A stretch of 64,000 nucleotides of DNA from Candidatus Sulfopaludibacter sp. SbA3 (GCA_945865815.1 CAMBFR010000009.1:689-64688); one strand, 5' to 3'. Counted from the stretch's first letter, positions 19,364 to 28,571 are shown. Translations and numbers: made by a program. Notes: generated by a model not told the origin, from the sequence alone.

Positions 19364-20194
19364 TTATTGGATTGCTTCCCGAACGCAGCGAAAGCCGATG
19401 TTGATGCTTCTTCCGTTTGGCTCGAGCGTGAGGCGGCTTGATACGCGCGTGTTCCAGGCGCCGTCGAACCAGGCACCGCCGCGCTGCACACGATGCTGGC
19501 CGGTGGGCGGCCCTGCGGGATCGCTGGGCGGGCCTTCCCGGTAGTAATCGGCGCCGTACCAGTCCTGCACCCATTCCCAGACGTTTCCGTGCATATCGAA
19601 CAGGCCCCATCGGTTCGGCTGCTTCTGTCCTACCGGGTGCGTCTGGTTTCCATTGTCCGACAGCCGTCTTCCATAGGTGGATTCATCGGTTCTCCAGAGA
19701 GCATCCGCATTCAGATAGATGCCGCCGGAATTGTTTCCATACCAGCCCAGGTCATCCAGCGGCCCGGCATAGGCTCCCGTCGTTCCGGCTCGCGCGGCGA
19801 ACTCCCACTCCGCCTCCGTCGGCAATCGATAGCGATAGCCGTCCTGTTGCGCATTCAGCTCTTCGAGAAACTGCTGCACAGCATTCCAGCTCACTTGCTC
19901 CACGGGGCGATCCGATCCCCTGAAACGGCTGGGATTGGTTCCCATCACCGATTGCCACTGCGCCTGTGTCACTTCGTACTTCCCTATCTCGAATGCCTTT
20001 GTGATTTCCACCCGATGCGCCTGCTTCTCGTTGTCATCGCATTCGTCGTCGCCCGTGGAGCAGCCCATCAGGAACTCACCCGGCTGAATGCGGACAAATT
20101 CCATCCCTGTCACAGTCTGCTGCCGGGCCACTGCAGCGAAGGATGGGGCGCCCAGCAGGAGTGCAAGAGCCAGCACGCTTCTCCAGTTTGCCAT
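19364..20194 (-). CDS. secreted formylglycine-generating-enzyme (SUMF1/PvdO/EgtB) family protein
   Basis: Signal peptide MANWRSVLALALLLGAPSFAAVA. FGE-sulfatase fold hallmarks (RLPTEAEWEFAARAG, HGNVWEWVQDWY, RGGAW). Its ATG overlaps the upstream stop (TGATG). The track ORF extends to 20437, but that N-terminal extension is rejected. Confidence 0.8.
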   Translation of the reverse strand: MANWRSVLALALLLGAPSFAAVARQQTVTGMEFVRIQPGEFLMGCSTGDDECDDNEKQAHRVEITKAFEIGKYEVTQAQWQSVMGTNPSRFRGSDRPVEQVSWNAVQQFLEELNAQQDGYRYRLPTEAEWEFAARAGTTGAYAGPLDDLGWYGNNSGGIYLNADALWRTDESTYGRRLSDNGNQTHPVGQKQPNRWGLFDMHGNVWEWVQDWYGADYYREGPPSDPAGPPTGQHRVQRGGAWFDGAWNTRVSSRLTLEPNGRSINIGFRCVREAIQ

Positions 20195-21270
20195 CACCAC
20201 AACTCCCCACGTTTCCTCTTCAGCAGCACGATGAAGAACGGGCCTCCGAGCAGAGCGGTGATCACTCCGACCGGAATCTCGGTGGGAGCAAACATCGTGC
20301 GCGCGGCAGTGTCGCAGACGATCAGAAACACCGCGCCGATGAGAAACGATGCTGGAATCAGGGTACGATGGTCGGGACCGATGATCAGGCGCAGTGTGTG
20401 CGGCACGATCAGTCCCACAAAGCCGATCGGCCCGCAAAACGCGGTCACGGCGCCTGTCAGCAGCGAACCCGCAAAATACGAAACCGTTTTCAGCCGGTCC
20501 ACATCGACTCCGCGCGTCGTGGCCCAGTCCTCACCGGCAGCAAGCGGGTTGAGCCGCGGCGATATCCACACGAGGGCGAGCAACGCCAGGCCGACGAACG
20601 GCGCCGTTCCCCGCACGGTTCCCATATCGGCCGTGTCGAGGCCGCCCATCATCCATTGAACCATCTGGTAGGACTGCGCGAAGTTCGAGGCATAGTGGAC
20701 GAATACAATCAGCGCGCCAAAGACGAAATTCAGTGTGACTCCGGCCAGCAGCAGCGTAAAGGCCGGAAGCGCGTTGCCTGTGCGGGCGACAAAAAAGACC
20801 AGCAGCATCGTCAGCGCAGCGCCGACGAACGCCGCAACCGATATGACGGGAACTCCAAGTAGAACGACGTTCCAGCCCAGCCAGATCGCAAGCACCGCTC
20901 CGAACGAACTTCCCGTCGAGATCCCGAGAGTGAAGGGGTCGGCGAGCGAATTTCGAAGGATTGCCTGAAAAAGAACTCCCGCTACCGCGAGTGATCCGCC
21001 CACAAGAGCGCCGAAGAGCACTCGTGGCAGCCGGGCAATGACAAAGATTTCCCAATCGGGGCTCGCGCCCGCGAGGACCCGCTCCCAGGTAATGCCAACG
21101 AGTCCGATCCATGGAGCAATCGCCACGACGATCAGGAACAGCAGCAGGCATGGTCCGACCACGACGAGGAATCGCCGGAAGGACAGCGCGCCTTCAACTC
21201 GCCGGGACGATATAGTTGCCCCGGCCGTCGGGACGCTGGAAGACGGAGGCGGCGATTTCAAAGATTTCAT
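20194..21270 (-). CDS. iron-chelate/B12-type ABC importer permease (FecCD family)
   Basis: Multi-TM protein with FecCD/BtuC-like sequence. The true start is probably an internal GTG/TTG, because the track ORF overlaps the ATPase gene by 77 nt. Confidence 0.85.
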   Translation of the reverse strand: MKSLKSPPPSSSVPTAGATISSRRVEGALSFRRFLVVVGPCLLLFLIVVAIAPWIGLVGITWERVLAGASPDWEIFVIARLPRVLFGALVGGSLAVAGVLFQAILRNSLADPFTLGISTGSSFGAVLAIWLGWNVVLLGVPVISVAAFVGAALTMLLVFFVARTGNALPAFTLLLAGVTLNFVFGALIVFVHYASNFAQSYQMVQWMMGGLDTADMGTVRGTAPFVGLALLALVWISPRLNPLAAGEDWATTRGVDVDRLKTVSYFAGSLLTGAVTAFCGPIGFVGLIVPHTLRLIIGPDHRTLIPASFLIGAVFLIVCDTAARTMFAPTEIPVGVITALLGGPFFIVLLKRKRGELW

Positions 21271-21988
21271 AAAGGTGTTGCGGCGTTAAAACGGCTTCGG
21301 GACTTCCGTCCGCGGCAAAACGTCCGTCGCGAACGGCAATCATGCGCCGCGCATACCGGGCAGCGAGATTGATGTCATGCGTCACGCTGATTATGGTCAT
21401 CTGACGTTCGAGATTGAGCCGCTCCAGGATGTCATAGAACTGCATTTGGTGTTTCAAGTCGAGATACACGGTCGGTTCATCCAGTAGCAGCACTTCCGGA
21501 TCCTGAGCCAGCGCGCTGGCGAGAACCACTCGCTGCCTTTCTCCTCCGCTGAGTTCGCTGAAGGTCTTGCGAGAGAGGGCGGCGGTATCCGTCAATTCCA
21601 TCGCGGCATTGGCCCCTTCCAGATCGGCTGGGCTGTCGAAGAATCCTTCCCGATGCGGCAACCGGCCCATCAGCACGATTTCGCCCGCGCTAAATGGAAA
21701 TACGACATGCGTTTCCTGGGGAACGAATGCGACCTGCCTTGCGAGCTCTTGTGCGCTCATGCGAGCCAGGTTGTTTTCTCCAAACTGCACATCGCCTTTG
21801 TAGCGGCGCAGAAGGCCCGCGAGAACCTTGAGGAAAGTGGACTTTCCCGCGCCGTTGGGGCCGATGACAGCGACGAACTCTCCGCGGCCGATCTCTGTGG
21901 AAATGCCCTGCAACACGGGAGTGCGACTGTAAGAAAACTGCAGGTCTTTAACCCGGTAAGCTGCCGTCACGCAGGTTTTATATCCCAA
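21194..21988 (-). CDS. ABC transporter ATP-binding protein (FecE/BtuD-like)
   Basis: Walker A GPNGAGKST, signature LSGGERQRV, Walker B LLLDEPT. Confidence 0.85.
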   Translation of the reverse strand: MGYKTCVTAAYRVKDLQFSYSRTPVLQGISTEIGRGEFVAVIGPNGAGKSTFLKVLAGLLRRYKGDVQFGENNLARMSAQELARQVAFVPQETHVVFPFSAGEIVLMGRLPHREGFFDSPADLEGANAAMELTDTAALSRKTFSELSGGERQRVVLASALAQDPEVLLLDEPTVYLDLKHQMQFYDILERLNLERQMTIISVTHDINLAARYARRMIAVRDGRFAADGSPEAVLTPQHLYEIFEIAASVFQRPDGRGNYIVPAS

Positions 21989-22020
21989 ATGATTCTGAAG
22001 ATCGAATAGAATCCGCGCTT

Positions 22021-23202
22021 ATGAACGGCGCGAAAGAAGCGTGGATCTATGGTCTCACGGCCGCCAGCGCCGCTGCCGTGCTTGTATCCATCGCGGCGTC
22101 ACAGATCCTGCTCGCTGCCGCCTGCCTCGCCTGGATCGTCCTGCGGCCGGCGCCCATGGTCTGGCCCAGCTACATGATCCCCCTGTGCGCCTTTATGGCG
22201 ACGACTGTCGTCTCGCTCATGATTTCTCCCGACCCCGGCGCAGGCTTCGGTTCGATCCGGAAGTTCGTACTTTTTTCGATGGGTCTTCTGGCTGCGAACT
22301 TTGTGACCACAGCCTGGCGGGCGCGCACCTCTCATCGATTGCTGCTCGGAATTGCTGCGGCAACTTCCGTGGTCGCTATTGGACAATTCGCATTCGCCTA
22401 TCAAAAGTTTCTTGTGACACAAGACCTGGCCGACGATCCGACAGTTCTTGCGCGAACGACCGGCTTGATGAGTCATTGGATGACTTTCAGCGGGGAGCAA
22501 CTTCTGGTCTGGTGTGCCGCCATTCCGGCCCTGATCGTTCTTGGCAGGGGCTGGCTGCTGCCAACTTCGCTGGTCGGGGTGTCAATGATACTGAGCTTTA
22601 CACGCAGTGTGTGGCTGGGCGCCGCGGTCGGATTTGTCGTGGCGGCTCTGCTGATGCCCCGAAGGGTCGTGCTGGGTGTGCTGCTGCCGATGGTCCTCGT
22701 GGCCTCGGTCATGTCGGGACTTATCTATCATCGAGTGGCCATGAGCTTCGAGGAAGGATTCGCGCCCGATACGAGCCGTATGGAAATGTTCCGTGTGGGA
22801 ATGGGAATGATCCGGGACCATCCGCTGTTCGGAGTGGGGCCCGAACGCATCTCCGTGGAGTTTCCCCGATACTACGCGGGCAGCAACGACCTCGGCAATT
22901 TTTACTACGGCCATCTCCACAACAACATTCTGCAGATTGCGGCAGAGCGTGGGCTGCTTTGCCTGGCAGCGTTCCTCTGGCTCATTGTCGCAATCTACAC
23001 GCACCTGGTTAAGATGCATAAGACGGCCGATGAAGGCTCGCGATGGGCCACGCTCTCGGCGCTTTCAGCCCTGACAGGGTTTCTCGTTGCCGGACTGTTC
23101 GAATACAATTTCGGGGATTCCGAAGTGCTGCTGCTGTTGCTGTTTATCCTATCGGTTCCTTACGGCCTGGCCGGACAGAAGTCACAATCTTTCGCAAAAT
23201 GA
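22021..23202 (+). CDS. O-antigen ligase family membrane protein (WaaL/Wzy_C-like)
   Basis: About 10 TM helices, a large periplasmic loop and an SFTRSVWLG motif. The alternative-frame ORF 22041..23012 is rejected. Confidence 0.7.
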   Translation: MNGAKEAWIYGLTAASAAAVLVSIAASQILLAAACLAWIVLRPAPMVWPSYMIPLCAFMATTVVSLMISPDPGAGFGSIRKFVLFSMGLLAANFVTTAWRARTSHRLLLGIAAATSVVAIGQFAFAYQKFLVTQDLADDPTVLARTTGLMSHWMTFSGEQLLVWCAAIPALIVLGRGWLLPTSLVGVSMILSFTRSVWLGAAVGFVVAALLMPRRVVLGVLLPMVLVASVMSGLIYHRVAMSFEEGFAPDTSRMEMFRVGMGMIRDHPLFGVGPERISVEFPRYYAGSNDLGNFYYGHLHNNILQIAAERGLLCLAAFLWLIVAIYTHLVKMHKTADEGSRWATLSALSALTGFLVAGLFEYNFGDSEVLLLLLFILSVPYGLAGQKSQSFAK

Positions 23203-24581
23203 CAGACGACGAACTAAAGAACCTGACGCTGACCCAGGCGGCCCAGCTGATCCGCCGCAAGAAAATCTCACCGGTGGAATTGACCGAGGCCGTTCTCGGC
23301 CGCATGGACCGTTTGAACGAACGGATGCGCGCATTCATCACGATCACTGCCGATTCCGCTATGGATGCTGCGCGCGCGGCAGAGCGGCGGATTAAAGCCG
23401 GCCGGGATCTCGGACCGCTCCACGGCGTGCCGATGAGTGTCAAGGATCTCTACGACACCAGGGGTATTCGCACCACGGCAGGATCGCAGGTTTTCGCCGA
23501 GCGCGTTCCAACCGAAGACGCAGCGGCCGTAAGGAAACTGAAACTGGCCGGCGCCGTTCTCATCGGAAAGACGAACATGCACGAGTTCGCATTCGGCGTC
23601 ACGACGGTGAATCCGCATTATGGAGCGGCACGTAATCCATGGGATCTGAACCGGGTTTCCGGCGGATCGAGCGGTGGTTCTGCCAGCGCCGTGGCGCTTT
23701 CCATGGGCTTTGGATCGCTGGGATCGGATACGGGCGGCTCGATACGGATCCCCGCCGCTCTGTGCGGCATTGTCGGCTTGAAGCCAACGTACGGCATGGT
23801 GAGCCTGGAAGGAGTGCTTCCCCTGTCTGCTTCCCTGGACCATGCCGGGCCGATGGCTCAGACCGTTGAAGACGCGGCGCTCCTGCTGGGCGTTATTGCC
23901 CGTGGGAAGGTTCCAAATTACACGAAAGCGCTGACCGGCAAAATCAAGGGGATCAAGGTTGGGGTTCCCGGTTCTTACTTCTTCGACCGGGTTTCGCCCG
24001 AAGTGGAGTCCGCCGTCCGCGCCGGCTTGAAGCGGCTTGAAAAACTGGGCGTCCGCCTGGTTGAAGTGGATATGCCAACGGCGCGTTTGCAGGGACAGAT
24101 TTTCAGGGACATTGTCGCTTCCGAAGCCTACTTCTGGCATGAGAGATATTTGAAGACGCAGGGCGAAAACTACGGCGCGGACGTTCGCGAGCGACTGGAG
24201 TTCGGAAGCCGCGTTCTTTATGTGGACTACGCGCGGGCCCAGCGGGCGAGAGGCGTCATCAAGATGGAGTGCGATGCGATTTTTGATGCCGTCGACGTCA
24301 TGATCACGCCCACAGTGCCGATTGCCGCGCCTGGAATTGGAGAGTCCACCGCACAGTGGGGCGAGGTGACCGAACAACTGGGGTCCACCCTGACTCGATT
24401 CACGCGGCCGTTCAATCTGGCAGGTCTTCCTGCGATTTCCATCCCATGCGGATTCACTGCCGGCGGCCTGCCGATCGGCATGCAGATCGCGGGCAGGGCG
24501 ATGGGCGAATCGACTGTACTGCGCGTGGCCCACGCTTATGAACAGTCGATGCCGTGGTTCAAACGAAGGCCGATCATCTAG
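23199..24581 (+). CDS. amidase signature family enzyme (GatA-like)
   Basis: Amidase signature GGSSGGSASAVA plus the Ser-cisSer-Lys context. ATG 23199 overlaps the upstream stop (ATGA). The track start at 23043 is rejected. Confidence 0.85.
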   Translation: MTDDELKNLTLTQAAQLIRRKKISPVELTEAVLGRMDRLNERMRAFITITADSAMDAARAAERRIKAGRDLGPLHGVPMSVKDLYDTRGIRTTAGSQVFAERVPTEDAAAVRKLKLAGAVLIGKTNMHEFAFGVTTVNPHYGAARNPWDLNRVSGGSSGGSASAVALSMGFGSLGSDTGGSIRIPAALCGIVGLKPTYGMVSLEGVLPLSASLDHAGPMAQTVEDAALLLGVIARGKVPNYTKALTGKIKGIKVGVPGSYFFDRVSPEVESAVRAGLKRLEKLGVRLVEVDMPTARLQGQIFRDIVASEAYFWHERYLKTQGENYGADVRERLEFGSRVLYVDYARAQRARGVIKMECDAIFDAVDVMITPTVPIAAPGIGESTAQWGEVTEQLGSTLTRFTRPFNLAGLPAISIPCGFTAGGLPIGMQIAGRAMGESTVLRVAHAYEQSMPWFKRRPII

Positions 24582-24626
24582 AGAAAATCCGACGAGAGTG
24601 GTTCTAGAAGCGATGGATCAAAGAGG

Positions 24627-24887
24627 TTGAGCATTACATTTGAACTGGTACGCGTACTCGTGGCGCAGGGCGACGTGCAGGTATCCATTCACGGCTACGA
24701 GGAACTCGCCGCGGACGATGTGCACGTGCGCGATGTCATCGACGGATTGGCAACCGCTGTTTTGGTTGAAGAATATCCGGACTACGCGAAGGGTCCATGT
24801 GTTTTGTTACTTGAGCAAGATAGAATGAATCAACCAATTCAGTACTGTGGGGTATCCCCGCTGGTCAGAATTCCCCGGCAGTCGTGA
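24627..24887 (+). CDS. DUF4258 family toxin-like protein
   Basis: HGYEEL...DVHVRDVIDG...VEEYPDYAKGPCVLLLEQ matches the conserved DUF4258 core (HA.eRm ... IEDYPdD.rGPscLvLG) as recalled. TTG start with an adjacent AGAGG, so the start is uncertain. Confidence 0.6.
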   Translation: MSITFELVRVLVAQGDVQVSIHGYEELAADDVHVRDVIDGLATAVLVEEYPDYAKGPCVLLLEQDRMNQPIQYCGVSPLVRIPRQS

Positions 24888-24946
24888 TCACAGCATACCG
24901 ACCAGACCCCGCAAGGTGGGACGAGACTTGGCTAAGGAGGAGAACA

Positions 24947-25165
24947 TGAGTGCTAAGACCATCAAGAAACTCGTTCGTGCTGGCGATTTCGTCGCAGAAG
25001 TGGATGTCCACCTTGCTGGAAGGCGAGGGTGGTTGGCCACCGTATTTTTCCTTGGATGATGCGTACAAACTCGACGACGTGCGGGACGCCTTGAGTGTGG
25101 GTGATCTAAAGCGGGCTTCTCAGCTCGCTAGCCACGTTTACCGCCTCATACCGGTCGAAGCCTGA
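24947..25165 (+). pseudogene. small protein gene apparently interrupted by a +1 frameshift
   Basis: Strong AGGAGG SD, then ATG MSAKTIKKLVRAGDFVAEVDV. The protein-like continuation TLLEGEGGWPPYFSLDDAYKLDDVRDALSVGDLKRASQLASHVYRLIPVEA lies in the +1 frame and runs to 25165. The in-frame product would be only 37 aa with a hydrophobic junk tail. Confidence 0.4.
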
Positions 25166-25185
25166 GCAGGCTCTCTAACAAGGGC

Positions 25186-25935
25186 ATGGACACAGGTGCG
25201 GTCGTCGAAATCGAAATGAAGGCAGAGAGCGAACAGGAACTCGATCGATTCTGGGCTTATGAACTGGGCATGGATTCCGGTCTGGCAAATGCGCCTCGCA
25301 TCTGCTGTACGGTGCAGCACATTTATTCGGGCGTGCAACTTTTCCGGAACAGTGAGCAGCTAGTTGTCGCATCTCCGCCTTCCAGAGCCGAATTCATCCA
25401 GGATGCCCTCACCGATGGCTCGGCTGAGGAATTATTTTCGGTCGAATGGCTCCAACGCGTGCTCTCCAAGGATGCCGAGAAGATTCTCGGGCCCGCGGAG
25501 GTCCACTACGCTGACGAAACGACTTTTCGATCAGCGCGGATCCACTCTGCCCGAGCTCTTTCAGCATCCGATTCTGTTGCCCACAAGGCGCTTGTGGCCG
25601 CACTCGACCCAGGAGAGGTGGAAGACAGTGGGATTTCCGCACAGGCGGCTCCAGCTTTTGGCGCGTTCTGTGACGATAGGCTCTGCGCCGTGGCAAGCTA
25701 CGAAGTCTGGAAGCCATCTATTGCTCATATCACGGTCGCCATACACCCGGATTACCGCCGTCGTGGATTTGCGAAGGCCGCGGTCGGGGCTCTCGCCGCG
25801 GATGCATTGGATCGTGGGTTGATTCTTCAGTGGCGGGCGGTGGCCTGGAACAAGAACTCTCTCGCGGTCGCGCGCGACCTGGGTTTCAAGTACTATTGCT
25901 CCACGCTCTATGTTCGTCTTCGAGACTCCGGATGA
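25186..25935 (+). CDS. GNAT family N-acetyltransferase with an N-terminal domain of about 130 aa of unknown function
   Basis: C-terminal acetyl-CoA-binding pattern (IHPDYRRRGFAKAAV...W......NS..LA...GF). Confidence 0.6.
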   Translation: MDTGAVVEIEMKAESEQELDRFWAYELGMDSGLANAPRICCTVQHIYSGVQLFRNSEQLVVASPPSRAEFIQDALTDGSAEELFSVEWLQRVLSKDAEKILGPAEVHYADETTFRSARIHSARALSASDSVAHKALVAALDPGEVEDSGISAQAAPAFGAFCDDRLCAVASYEVWKPSIAHITVAIHPDYRRRGFAKAAVGALAADALDRGLILQWRAVAWNKNSLAVARDLGFKYYCSTLYVRLRDSG

Positions 25936-25976
25936 CAACAACTTGCCCAAACATGGCATCTGGACGAGAATGAGGT

Positions 25977-26198
25977 ATGAGCGTTCGCATTGAAGAAATT
26001 CTCACCCTTAGCCTGAAAAAGCGCCTTGAAATCATCGAAGAAATCTGGGACAGCATCGCCTCAGATCCAGAGGCGATTCCCCTTACAAGCGCGCAGCGCA
26101 GAGAGTTGGACCGACGCAAGCGAGAACATCGCGCCGATCCATCTGCCGCAAAACCCTGGTCCGAAGTTCGCGACCGCCTTCAAAAAAGAAGGAAGTGA
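25977..26198 (+). CDS. type II antitoxin (putative addiction-module component, Unstab_antitox-like)
   Basis: 73 aa with an LSLKKRLEIIEEIWDSI pattern. Overlaps the downstream ParE gene by 4 nt (ATGA). Confidence 0.7.
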   Translation: MSVRIEEILTLSLKKRLEIIEEIWDSIASDPEAIPLTSAQRRELDRRKREHRADPSAAKPWSEVRDRLQKRRK

Positions 26199-26491
26199 AG
26201 GCGAGGCTCACCACCGAGGCCGATCAGGATGCTCAGCAAGCCATCGATTGGTATGACGAAAGAGATAACGAACTTGGCGACGATTTCTTGCGGAAGATTA
26301 ATGACTGCATCACGTCAATCGAGGAAAACCCTCAGCAGTTTCCTGTAGTGCATCGCCAGATGAGGCGGGCGTTGGTCAGGCGATTTCCTTACGAGATTCT
26401 TTTCGAGATCGTGAATCAGGAAATCATTATCTACGCGATTTATCACTGCGCCGGAGATCCGGAGATCTGGAAGCGACGTCGGGATGCTTAA
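26195..26491 (+). CDS. type II toxin, RelE/ParE family
   Basis: 98 aa with ParE-like sequence (AQQAIDWYDE...RRFPYEILFEIVNQEIIIYAIYH). Confidence 0.8.
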   Translation: MKARLTTEADQDAQQAIDWYDERDNELGDDFLRKINDCITSIEENPQQFPVVHRQMRRALVRRFPYEILFEIVNQEIIIYAIYHCAGDPEIWKRRRDA

Positions 26492-26522
26492 CCAGGCGCT
26501 GTAAACTGACGGGACACTACTG

Positions 26523-28025
26523 ATGTTCAGCAAAATCCTGATCGCCAATCGAGGCGAGATAGCCGTGCGCGTGATTCGTGCATGCCGCGAGATGGGAATA
26601 CCGACGGTAGCGGTGTATTCGGAGGCCGACCGCGGCGCCCTCCATGTTCGTATGGCGGACGAGGCCTACGCGATCGGCCCGGCGCCATCGCGTGAAAGCT
26701 ATCTCGTCATAGAGAAGCTCATTGACGTTGCGCTGCGTTCCAAGGCTGCCGCTATTCATCCCGGCTACGGATTCCTTGCAGAAAATGCCTCGTTCGCAAA
26801 GGCCTGCGTCGACGCCGGAATCACATTTATAGGGCCCGCGCCGGAATCCATCGGTTTGATGGGATCCAAAGTGGAATCCCGGCGAGCCGTGGCCCAATAC
26901 GGTGTCGAGATGGTGCCGGGTACGCTGGATCCGGTCTCATCGGAGGAAGAAGCCCTTCGCATTGCATCGGCCATCGGTTATCCGGTCATGATCAAGGCGT
27001 CGGCGGGCGGGGGCGGCAAGGGACTGCGATTCGTCAAATCCGAACAAGAGATGGAGAGCGCCCTCCGAAATACGCGTTCGGAGGCGCTTTCGGCGTTTGG
27101 CGACGACGCCGTCTATATCGAGAAATTCGTGGAGCGGCCGCGGCATATCGAGATTCAGGTGCTGGCGGATCTTCACGGAAACGCGGTTTATCTTGGCGAG
27201 CGGGAATGCACGATCCAGCGCCGGCATCAGAAGGTCATCGAAGAATGCCCTTCGCCGGTGGTGGATGCGGACCTCAGGGCGCGCATGGGTGAGGCTGCGC
27301 TGAAAGTCGTCAAGGCGGCGCGCTACAACAATGCGGGAACCGTGGAATTCCTGGTGGATCGAAATTTCAGGTTCTATTTCCTCGAAATGAATACACGGCT
27401 CCAGGTCGAACACCCGGTGACGGAGATGGTTACCGGCATCGACCTAGTGAAGCAGCAGATCCGGATCGCCGCGGGTGAAAAGCTGGCATTTCGGCAGGAG
27501 GACGTTGCGCTGCGGGGATCCGCCATAGAGTGCCGCATCTATGCCGAGGATCCGGACAACAATTTCTTTCCGTCGCCGGGTAAGATTCATTTCCTGCGCA
27601 CTCCCTCCGGCCCTGGAATTCGCGATGACAGCGGCGTGTACGAAGGCTGGACTGTGCCGATCGATTATGACCCGCTCATCTCGAAGCTTGCCACATGGGG
27701 TGCGACGCGCGATGAAGCGCTGCAGAGAATGAAGCGCGCGCTGCGCGAATATCGCGTTGAGGGAATCAAGACGAATATATCGTTCTTCATGGAGATACTC
27801 GGCCATCCGGATTTTGAACGGGGCGAACTGGATACCGGCTTCATCGATCGATGGCTCGAAAACCGCGGCCCTGAATCCAGGATCTCCGGCGTCGAGCAGG
27901 ATCTGGCCGTTGTTGCCGCCGCGCTCCACTACACCGGGAAGCCGGCGCCCATTCTTCGGGAGGGCAAACCCGCCGAGAGCCCCTGGAAAACATCGGGCCG
28001 CATTCGAGCGCTCCGCCGCAGATGA
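26523..28025 (+). CDS. accC: biotin carboxylase (acyl-CoA carboxylase biotin carboxylase subunit)
   Basis: MFSKILIANRGEIAVRVIRACREMGI N-terminus and an ATP-grasp fold. 500 aa. Confidence 0.85.
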   Translation: MFSKILIANRGEIAVRVIRACREMGIPTVAVYSEADRGALHVRMADEAYAIGPAPSRESYLVIEKLIDVALRSKAAAIHPGYGFLAENASFAKACVDAGITFIGPAPESIGLMGSKVESRRAVAQYGVEMVPGTLDPVSSEEEALRIASAIGYPVMIKASAGGGGKGLRFVKSEQEMESALRNTRSEALSAFGDDAVYIEKFVERPRHIEIQVLADLHGNAVYLGERECTIQRRHQKVIEECPSPVVDADLRARMGEAALKVVKAARYNNAGTVEFLVDRNFRFYFLEMNTRLQVEHPVTEMVTGIDLVKQQIRIAAGEKLAFRQEDVALRGSAIECRIYAEDPDNNFFPSPGKIHFLRTPSGPGIRDDSGVYEGWTVPIDYDPLISKLATWGATRDEALQRMKRALREYRVEGIKTNISFFMEILGHPDFERGELDTGFIDRWLENRGPESRISGVEQDLAVVAAALHYTGKPAPILREGKPAESPWKTSGRIRALRRR

Positions 28026-28525
28026 AGTACACCGCGATCATTCAGGGCGAACGCGTTGAAGTCGAACTGAACCGGGCCTCGGATGTCCCCGGACGTATTG
28101 ACGCTCGCATTGGCGGCCGTGCTTACACTTTGGAAGGGCGGGAGGTCGAACCAGGCCTTTACGCGTTTATCTGGGAAAACAGATCGTTTGAGATCGCGGT
28201 GGCCGGGAATGCGGAAGGCTATACCGTTTCCATTGGCCGCTTCCGGGTTCCCGTCGAGATCGTGGATTCCCGCACGGCCCTGCGGCGTGCCGCTCACCAG
28301 GGACACGAAGGCGCAATGGAGGTACGGGCGCCGATGCCCGGAAAAATCGTAAAGATTCTGGTAGCCGAGAACGCCGAGCTTCAACTGAATCAGGGCATCG
28401 TCGTCATGGAAGCGATGAAGATGCAGAATGAGATCAAGTCCCCGAAAAAAGGAACCGTGCGCAAGCTTGCTGTGAAAGAGGGCGCCGCCGTGAATGCGGG
28501 TGATCTGCTGGCGGCGATTGAGTGA
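28022..28525 (+). CDS. accB: biotin carboxyl carrier protein / biotinyl domain protein
   Basis: C-terminal biotinyl domain with an EAMKMQNEI motif. Overlaps accC by 4 nt. Confidence 0.75.
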   Translation: MKYTAIIQGERVEVELNRASDVPGRIDARIGGRAYTLEGREVEPGLYAFIWENRSFEIAVAGNAEGYTVSIGRFRVPVEIVDSRTALRRAAHQGHEGAMEVRAPMPGKIVKILVAENAELQLNQGIVVMEAMKMQNEIKSPKKGTVRKLAVKEGAAVNAGDLLAAIE

Positions 28526-28545
28526 GGAGTGGGATCAGGAGATGG

Positions 28546-28571
28546 GCACGGGGCTCAAGCCCCGCGCCCAC
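28546..28571. repeat. REP-like palindromic element (same family as at 19260..19338)
   Basis: GCACGGGGCTCAAGCCCCGCGCCCAC, in the gap between the convergent genes ending at 28525 and 28593. Confidence 0.65.

Noticed and set aside
20195-20437. 81-codon N-terminal extension of the FGE gene in the track ORF
   Set aside because: The extension overlaps the FecCD gene in another frame. The internal ATG at 20194 gives a classic signal peptide and a TGATG coupling.
19493-20659. 388-aa plus-strand ORF across the FGE and FecCD genes
   Set aside because: Antisense to two well-supported genes. Its composition is dominated by Arg/Pro/Ser.
22041-23012. 323-aa alternative-frame ORF within the waaL-like gene
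   Set aside because: Same strand but a different frame, with Arg/Gly/Pro-rich composition. The chosen frame yields about 10 TM helices.
23268-24533. 421-aa minus-strand ORF opposite the amidase gene
   Set aside because: Antisense artefact. The amidase signature is on the plus strand.
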